A program made the position numbers and the translations under genes. 64,000 bases of DNA. Source: Paramoeba atlantica (Eukaryota; Protista; Discosea). This document shows positions 55,364 through 64,000 of the stretch, in pieces. The notes beneath the pieces are model-generated. The model made no database searches, had not been told where the DNA came from, and was given only the letters and a program-made list of their open reading frames with translations. Location: contig CDRNVI010000046.1 of NCBI GenBank assembly GCA_977017575.1, forward strand, positions 124,001-188,000, in the 5' to 3' direction. Each line of letters begins with the position of its first letter. Position 1 is the stretch's first letter.

Positions 55364-58300
55364 TCAGAGTCTGAGGCCTCCTAGCCACTTTTCGCCCTTG
55401 ATGTGATTTCGCAGCTGCGACACGATTGTGTATGCTGCGAACTTTTCGTTTTCCAATTGGAAGGCTTCCCGTATCACTTTGGGGTCTAAGTCAGCGCGTT
55501 TCGAGAGGGCTTTAATCAGCTCCTTCGTATTTTCGTGCAGCATTCCACAATCAGTTAGCGCTATGCATCGAAAATAGTTTGGATCCACTCCTTTCTCCAC
55601 TATGTATTTTCGATGTTTTCTTTCTATGGCACTCTCTAGAAGGGCTTTGCTGGACTGTTTCTGGTAGCTGCTGCAGAGTGTGTGTACGACTGTGACATCG
55701 TAGAGGACTTCTCCAATATCTGGCCACATTATGGCCAGATCGGGGCCCGAACGTATACGACGAGCTCTGCATGGGTGTCTCTCCGCTGCTTCTGGTGAAA
55801 TAGAGCACTTACACTTCGTGCAAAAGAACGATGAATACAGACGCGGTTCCAACGCACATGGGAGTCCAGCTTTTCCACATAGATTTGAAAGGTATCGAAC
55901 AATGTGTGAGTGTTTTCTCTTACAGTTCATCCCAGCACATTTCGAGCAACCTGCAACGTGTGGAAATATTCCGGAGGGCGATTCACTGACCCCGCATCCA
56001 GGACAGGAGATATTACTCGAAGAAGGGAGACTGACGGCCAGCCTCATCTTGAGCGTTTGCTGGAAGAGGTACGGGTTTACGTAGTTGTTGGTCGAGAGGA
56101 GATGAAAATTTGCTTCCTTCGAGCGCTTCATAACTCCACTGAAACGTGGTTTTGTTTTCAGCTCTGCCGCAAGTTTTTCGTGCTCGTCGTTGACTAGTTT
56201 CTTCAGTGCCGTGCGTACTCCTTGTGTCCCTGTGGTCTTGTTGCCTTTTTGTTGCTTCTCAGAGTTTTCTATCGGAGCTTCATATGGGTTGAAATGCTCA
56301 TCAATAGATTGACGGGAAGCTTCAAAAAGATAGCGATGTTTCAGAACTGTGGAGGTTATTCCCAATCCTCCCATTTTGCACGGCAAAGAGGCAAGTGCTA
56401 AGGCATCTTCGTCAGCATCGCACCACTTTCTTAAGACTTGTTGGATCTCTTTGTCAAAAGTCTGAGCTAGAAGGAATGATGCGCCCGGTTTATGTACTCG
56501 CAGGTGATAATCGTGGCGCGGTATCGTGCAACGCTTTAAAATTGCGAGGGAAAGATTACTTGGCCCCATGCGGCTGAGTCTTCGAAACAGACAGTTATGC
56601 TTCTCCAATTTTTCGAGAAGTTTGCGTTCTACGGCTTTGTTGTTGCCTAGGTATCCTCCGAGCACTTTGATTGTATCTACGCAGTCTTGAACCCCAAGTT
56701 CCCGAAGAGAGGAATCTTTGATGTGTAATGCCCTGGATCCTTGAAAGATTTCGCATTTGCGGTAGTTTATTTCTAAGTTCAGATCGCTCGTAAGCTCTTT
56801 GAAATGCAAGAATGCAACCTCGAGAGATGCCTCGTTTTTAGAACTCATCGTTACATCATCCTGGTACGCGCGTACGGTGACCTCGGGGTAAGCATCAGCT
56901 ACTTCTTTCAAAGCTCCATGCAACACAGCGCAGAAATAAAGCGATGACAGCGCGGATCCTTGCCGAACCCCAGAGGAGCTCTCTATGACTGAATGCAGCG
57001 AGTTGTTAGCAAAGAAGAGAAGTTCGGTTGGCTGGCCATATTCCAAATAAAAAATCCGCATGAAATGTTTGAAGATGGGATATTGAGTTAGAGCTCTTTC
57101 TATTGCTGTTCGATGAGGTGTATTATACGCGTTTTTGAAGTCAATGGTGAGCACCGTATTTCCAGCTTCATACTCAGAAAGTAACTCGTGTACAATTGAT
57201 TCACAGGCATTCTTCTGCAAGATCCCTCGCTGGATAGGTTGGAAGAGCGATTTTAGCGCAGCCTCATGACGCTGAAGAAGAATTGTGCCACATATTTTAA
57301 TTATGGTATCCCCCATCGCTACAGGTCTTACGCCGTTGTTCGGTTTGGCTAGAGCAATGATTCTGCAACGAGTCAGACGTTTGCGTACACTGTGAGCGAT
57401 TTCCCCGTTGATTACGTCGCGGAACATATGACACAAGGCGAGGCATGATTCTTCGTCTTCTGCTAAGAGCCGCATCATACATTCGCTAAAACCAGTGGGT
57501 CCGGGCGATGCACCTCGGGATAATTTTGCTGTCGCTAGGCGCAATTCGGAGCATTCGACCACTGCAATTCTCGGTAGCTCTTGGTCCGTCCCTTGATTTT
57601 TTTTTTTTTTTTTTTTTTTTTTACTAACGAATGTTAAACTACTTCAATATAAAACTTTTTAAACGTGGATATAAACACTTTCCTTGGTACCTCCCCGTTT
57701 ATTACATCGTGAGAAATGTTCACCTTCCCCCCTTTTCTCAATTTTCAAAGAGAAACTATCCCGAAAATGAAATCTATATAATTTTATAAGCTGACTCAGC
57801 TTATAGTGATATTGTGTTTAGAACTTATATACTATATTCTTGAGTTTGCGTGCAGCCGTCTAAGTATTTCTTTAGCTGCGCATAAATCCCTAATCCATTA
57901 AGCTCCTGAATCGTCAGCTTCATTTCGAGTTCGACCTGTTTCCTGTTTAGCATGGCCGCGTCTGCTAGCGAGTGTACCAAGTTCTGCGTATTGCGGTGCA
58001 AAGCGCCTCCTGCCAGTACGGGTAAACATTGAAATGAGTCTTCACGAATTAAGTTCGTACGTACATATGTGTTGGACTTTCGCTGCAGCGCGTCATTCAT
58101 GAGCTGTGTGCATTTCTTTCCACGATTAGACATTGAGAGTTCGTGAATAACTGTCAGATCATAGAAGACCGCACCCGTGTTCCAATAGATCACGAGATCG
58201 GGGCCAGACCGACAAAGTTTTTTTCCTGCACAAGTCTTCTGATGTACCAACTGGTTTTCCGGACTGATTGTAGATCGGCAAGCGATGCACTTCCACGTAG

Positions 58301-59650
58301 AAAAGTTTCTAGGTTCCGTTTCACATGGGATGCCTGCTTTCACGCATAGACGATGCAAAAATCCGACAAGTGAGTTATGTTTCACGGTCGTATTTATACC
58401 TGAACATTGAGCACAGCCTGGGATATGGGTGAGGGCGTTTCGGTTATTGAGGAGAATACCGCACCCTGGACACAATAGACTGGTAGGTAGATCTGGGTGT
58501 TGGGCATTTAGTCGTGGCATAATCGCGAGTTTGAAGAGATGGGAAGGGATGTACTTCGCGTTGGAAAGGATCCAGTCGCTGTTTCCTTTGAAGGATGTGG
58601 CTTGTAGAATGGGCTTAATGTCGGGATCCGTTTGCAACTCTTTCAATACTTCGACATGATGAATGCTGGTGGAAGCTTTTTCGTCCACTGGTATGACTTT
58701 CATTGTCGAGTTCTTAGGAATAGACGGGTGTGATGGCACCGCGTTGTCGATCCGAGCTGAAAAAGAGTTTCGGCGCTCAAGAACCGAGTAGCGGGATGCC
58801 ACATATGCCGTCTCCCTAAGGGGACTGCTCGCTGTCAAACCCATTCCTCCCTTCTTAACGGGTAATCGTACAATTTTCATTTGATCGGGAGAGAGTGGAC
58901 CAATCCAAGACTCTACCACATTTTCAACCTCATGATCGAATTGTGATGATGCTTTCTCTGTTGTTTCGGGCGGGTGGACACGAATCAGGTATTGTTGACG
59001 AACATTGGCACATTTTGCTAAAAGAATCATCGATATATTATTGATGCCCATTCGTTTTAGCCGCCGAAAAGCTGTGACCTGCTTCTCTAGTTGACGCAAA
59101 AGTCGTTCACTTATTGTGTTGTTTTCTCCAACATACGCTCCGAGTACTTTGACCGCTTCGTCCTCCGACTTGACACCTTGGGTGCTCAGCGAATTCGGTA
59201 TGGAATTTCCGGATTTTCCTCTGAACCAAACGCATTTTGCCTCGGCTAGTTTCACCTGTTTTTCTTCTAGGAGACCTTTGAGCCTAAAGAATGCCTTCTC
59301 CAGTTCGGTTGAATCTCGAGACACTAACGTTATATCGTCAATGTATGCATTTATTTCAATACCTGGAAATTCGGAGGCCAGTGTCTCGAGTATTGGTTGA
59401 CAGAATACGCAAAAGTAAAGACTAGCCAGAGCGGACCCTTGCCTTACACCTGCTGAGCTCATTATAATGTCCGTCAGGCTGCCATCGGAGCCATAAAATA
59501 AAAGTTCGGAAGCATTTGAATATTCGGCCGCAAAGAACCTTGAGGTGAGGGTCCGTTTGGGTGAAGTGATTTTAGTGTCTGAGCTTTTTCTTCTGCCGTG
59601 AGAGGTGAATCTCGATACACGTTGTCTAGTATTCGCGTTGAAGAACACCA
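55364..59650 (-). pseudogene. 5'-truncated CRE-B (RT + RLE) interrupted by CRE-A 57597-59537
   Basis: HPNGPSPQG|TDQELPRI rejoins; GVRQGSALS, RAYQDD, CPGC...HVAGC, GPDLAIMWP...YDVTVVH. Confidence 0.9.
57597..59537 (-). mobile_element. 5'-truncated CRE-A (RT C-terminal half + RLE)
   Basis: GVRQGSALAS, NAYIDD, GPDLVIYW...FYDLTV; poly(A) 57597-57622; TSD ccttga at 57591 and 59538. Confidence 0.9.
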
Positions 59651-59659
59651 AGAAGAGAT

Positions 59660-62600
59660 AAACTCACACTCCAAAGCTCCAGATCTCGTTTACAACATCA
59701 TTTCGAAGTGGGGCAAGGGCACCGAATGCGTAATCGAATGGGGTTTTCGTCAAGGCAATACGACATACATTTCAAAGGGCACAGTTGTAGGCAGAACTTC
59801 ACGTAAGGGACAAGTTAAAATAAAGATTTCGTACGAGCCAGAATCTGAGAGTGAAGGTCCAAGCGGTTTTCTTTACTTACCACAATCACACAAGATCAGA
59901 ATCCGCAGTATTCGAGCAACAAAATTGCTGAAAGTTGAGATTCCAACACTAAGGCTGGAGGAACAGGCGGATAATATCTCGTGTCAAGATGAACAAAATG
60001 ATCTCGAACCTCTGCCTTCGATGGCGCAAATCGATCCGTCCTTTGCGGTGCATGTTGTGGCAATTTTCCGTGAAATCATCAGAGGATATCCCGGCGCTAA
60101 GCTCGAATCGGAAAAAGAAGCGATTTGGCACAAATTCCTAAATGCACCACGCGATTCATTAGCCACGGTGCGTCAGACTCAAAAGAGACATCAGAGAGTG
60201 GGACACGTGCCCCGAAACGGAAACCTTTCTGACGATACCAACCTCAGTGCAGCACAACGTGAAGAGCTGGAGATAGACCGACGCTCGATACGGAATGCTT
60301 TAATCACAGCCAAAGCAGGGAACTTAAGCAAAGCGACGAGAGTACTGGATAATGTCTACAAGGAATCCAATCTATCACCCGAGGAAAAAGTAAGCAAGCT
60401 AAAGACCCTACATCCGGATGGTTCTCCACTGGAAATTCCTGAAGCAAATTTTCCGCGAATCGGAGTCGTAGAGAACTCAGAGATTCGGGAAGCCACTGAA
60501 AAGTTGTCCCGGGGGGCTTCACCGGGTCCGACGGGGCTCAGCGAGAGCATGATGCGGTTGTTGGTGGACGACGAAGAAACATGCCTTTCCTTATGCCATA
60601 TGATCCGCGATGTGATTAACGGGGAGGTCTCGCTAAGTGTCCGTCACCGTTTGACTCGATGCAGAATCATTGCACTGGCCAAGCCTCAAAACGGCATCCG
60701 CCCAGTTGCCATGGGAGACACAATTCTAGAGCGGCACGGCTGTATGCTAAAGAATTTCTTTGCACCGATTCAGCGAGGTATCCTTCAAAAAAACGCGTGC
60801 GAATCCATAGTCCACGAGCTGCTACAAGATTATGAAACTGACCACGCACTGCTGTCAGTGGACTTTTCCAATGCGTATAACACACCGAATCGAAATGCAA
60901 TCGCCCGCGCGCTTCTGGGAAATGCGATTTTTAAACCTTTCATGCGACTTTTCTACTTGGAATATGGCCTCCCTTCAGACCTTTTATTCTTTGCCAACAA
61001 TGCCCTTCATTCTACAGTACAAAGTTCATCCTGTGAGCAAGCTGCCGCGCTTGCGTGAAGCATTCCCATCGAAATGTGACACAGATTTATACATGACACT
61101 TCATCGTCAATCATCAGGTCTTAATAAAAGTAAAGGTCTTTCTTCTAAAATACATTCTATTTTTTTTTTCTCCCAAAGATCGTTCGTATTATCCTAAATC
61201 TCGCAGGCATTCTAAACACGGATAATCGTTGTGAATAATAATAAGAACTTTTAAGAGCTTTTCTAATGTGCGAACTTGTTGGTCGACTCACTGACGCAGT
61301 CCACCAATCCAATGTGCTTCTGGAATATACTCGCGGAGCTGCGATACAATAGTATACGCTGCTAGCTTTTCTATCTCGAGTTGGAAGGCCTCACGTACGT
61401 CTTCGTACTTTTGTTTGGCTCGTTGGGATAATGCCTTGAGGAGGGTTTTGGTGTCGTTGTGCAGAAGACCGCAGTCAGAGGCGGCCAGGCAACGAAAAGA
61501 GTCGCTTTCTACGCCTTTCTCCGTAACGTACTTCTTGAATTTCTTGTCGAGCACGTGCTGCATCAGCGCTGTACTTGTTTGTTTGGCATAGCTGCTGCAA
61601 CAAGTGTGAACAACGGTAAAATCATACAGGACCTCCCCCATGTGGGGCCACATAATAGCAAGATCAGGACCGGATCGGATTCTGCGGGCTTTGCAAGGAT
61701 GATGTTCAGCTACTTCCGCTGAGATGGAACACTTGCACTTAGTACAGAAAAACGAAGAATGGATGCGCGGTTCGATAATACAAGGGAGACCAGCTTTGGA
61801 GCACAAATCTGCGAGGTACCTCACTATGTGTGAGTGCTTTCTGGTGCAATTCATGCCCGAGCACCGGAAGCATCCTGCGACGTGTGGTATAATGCTGGTA
61901 GGAGATTCATGGCCACAGCATCCAGGGCATATAACATCGGCCGGTGCGTTATGTAATCCGATGCCCAAACGCATCATCAAAGTGTATCGGAAGAGGTACG
62001 GGTTTACATAATTGCTGGTGCTTTCTAAATGCATGTTTGATTCCTTTGTACGCTTCAATAAAAGTCCCATGTGAGAATCCTTCTGCAGCTCAGTTATCTG
62101 TTTATCGTGTTATGCACTTAGCTTCTTTTTCAATAGCTTGCGCGCTGCCTCTCCTCGACTTTGCGGTTGTTTCACAGCTCCAGTTCATCTGGAATTCGTC
62201 AAGGATCAGCTCTCTCTTCCATGTACTTTTGTGCACTCTTGCAAGGCCCTCTAATGGAAGTAGCCAATCTTTACCCCGAGGTCAATATAAGAGCTTATCA
62301 AGACGACGTGACGCTCAGCTCTAAGAATCTTCATTCGCTTGAGGCAGCTTTTCTTCATTTACGAGAGTTAACTGCGGATCTCAGCTTAGATATCAATTTC
62401 CGGAAATGTGAGTGGTTCCAGAAGGCCCCTCCCTGTGCTACCCAACCACTTCCATTAGAATCTTTGGGGGTAAACTTTCGGACGGATGCCATTAAGATTC
62501 TTGGTGCTTACATTGGCGCCGACCAGGTGGTAGAAAGTTTGCTTCTTCAAAAACTCGAGAAACACAAATGTCTGTTCCGCAGACTCCTAAAGATGGGTCC

Positions 62601-63804
62601 GAGCAACCTCTCACTGGCCATTTTGCGACGCTGTACAATTCCGCGACACGATTATCATCTCCGCGTACACAGACCGAATGCCACTCTTCATTTAGCGCAG
62701 GTTTTCGACACAGAGGTGGGTAAGGTCTTGGAAAAGTGGTGCGGAGCTGACTCCAATGCTTTGCAACTCGCAGCACTTCCAAAAACATTTGGTGGTTTAG
62801 GTATCACATCCACGATTCTGAAACACAAGTACTTCTTTGAAGCTGCCCAAACATCTATCGAAGAGCACCCAAAACCCATTAACGCTCCGGTAGGTTATAA
62901 AGGTAGCGACAAAGGTCAGAAGAAAATGCAGGATCGAAAAGAGGTGGCACGAAAACTTCTGAAGAAGAACTTAAACACGGAGTATGAAAAGCAAGTCGCA
63001 GAACTTAAGAAACATTCGCATTTAGAGCTCATTCTGAACCGAAGCAAAGAAGCGAACTTACATTTAGAGAGTACGAATAACTATGTGAATCCTTACCTTT
63101 TCCGCTACACCCTAATGATGCGACTTGGAATAAGTCTACCGAAAGCGCCAATAAACGTCGTATGCCCGGGATGCTGTGGTCCAGAAACATCTTCTAGTAT
63201 TATTCCACATATCGCAGGATGCTCGAGATGCTCAGGTATGAACTGCACTCGTAAACACTCTCACATCGTGCGCTATCTAGCTGACTTGTGCGCGAAGGCA
63301 GGACTTCCGTGTGTTATCGAACCGCGAATTCACTCCTCATTTTATTGTACAAAGTGTAAATGCTCTATTTCTGCGGAGGTTTCTGACCAACATCCATGTA
63401 AGGCGCGCAGGATTCGATCTGGCCCCGACCTCGCTATCATGTGGCCCCATATGGGAGAAGTCCTCTATGATTTCACAGTGGTTCACACTTGCTGCAACAG
63501 TTACAAGAAACAAACAAGCAACTACCTACTGCAGCAAGCCCAGGAAAGGAAGTTCAAGAAATATGTGACAGAGAAAGGTGTGGACAGTGAGGCATTTCGT
63601 TGCATCGCCGCCTCAGATTGTGGTGTGTTGCACAACGACACAAAACAACTATTAAAGGCGTTGGCTCAGCGCGCGAATCGAAAATATGAAAACGTGCGTG
63701 AGGCTTTTCAGCTGGAACTTGAAAAGCTATCGGCTTACACGGTAGTGTCTCAACTCCGAGATTACATCACCGATGAAAAGTGGATTGGGAGTTTACGACT
63801 CTAA
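59660..63804 (+). pseudogene. Nearly complete CRE-B ORF, split by an antisense CRE-B insertion
   Basis: HSTVQ|SSSGIRQGSAL rejoins in frame; RAYQDD; RLE GPDLAIMWP. Confidence 0.9.
61031..62181 (-). mobile_element. 5'-truncated CRE-B (RLE part) inserted antisense in another CRE-B
   Basis: ORF 61288-62070; 8-bp TSD agttcatc at 61023 and 62182. Confidence 0.85.
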
Positions 63805-63955
63805 AAGAGTTCACTACCACACGTATATCTCCGTACAAATAAGTATTGATTAGTTGCCTTCGAATATATTAGGTCCTTTCGAATATATTAGATACTGCTA
63901 CTTCTGCATTGATTCTTCATCACGTTTGACAACAATTGGCGCGTATACAATAATT

Positions 63956-64000
63956 GGCCAGGGGGGGCATTCGATGAAAATTCATCGAACGCACGGTGCG
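63956..64000. mobile_element. TIR of a second Merlin-like MITE copy (runs off the right edge)
   Basis: ggccagggggggcattcgatgaaaattcatcgaacgcac is the reverse complement of the 15704 terminus. Confidence 0.8.

Noticed and set aside
59598-62190. Twin-priming inversions at the head-to-head CRE-B junctions (about 59650 and 62180)
   Set aside because: The opposed pieces overlap in content and differ in sequence; the second junction is explained by an insertion with a TSD.
669-63568. Numerous short antisense or overlapping ORFs in the track
   Set aside because: Shadows of GC-richer TE coding strands with no motifs of their own.

Overview
This eukaryotic, probably protist, window is almost entirely nested transposable elements and satellites. 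I found no host housekeeping gene, rRNA, tRNA or CRISPR array. Contents: (1) Tyrosine-recombinase (YR, DIRS-order) retrotransposons from about 8 families with gag-YR-RT/RNaseH order (as in kinetoplastid VIPER/TATE) and split direct repeats A1-ORFs-B1-A2-B2. One copy is complete and intact (37369-42376). (2) Two families of CRE-like RLE non-LTR retrotransposons (here CRE-A, CRE-B). (3) One intact APE-RT-RNaseH LINE whose 11-bp TSD encloses about 8.5 kb of near-perfect 18-bp tandem repeat at its 5' end. (4) Two TIR DNA elements (8-bp TSD Merlin-like; TAA TSD Harbinger-like). (5) A 153-bp satellite. Most junctions resolve to the base using TSDs or short crossover cores. Best leads: an apparently unnamed ~65-aa W-x12-G-x-V domain shared by YR Gag, both CRE families and the APE LINE; a -1 frameshift signal plus an in-frame gag-stop-YR junction conserved in four YR families; a Y[IV]DG RT active site; the LINE-internal 18-mer array; and several candidate structured RNAs. 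Everything was read by eye and no searches were run. Family labels are mine.
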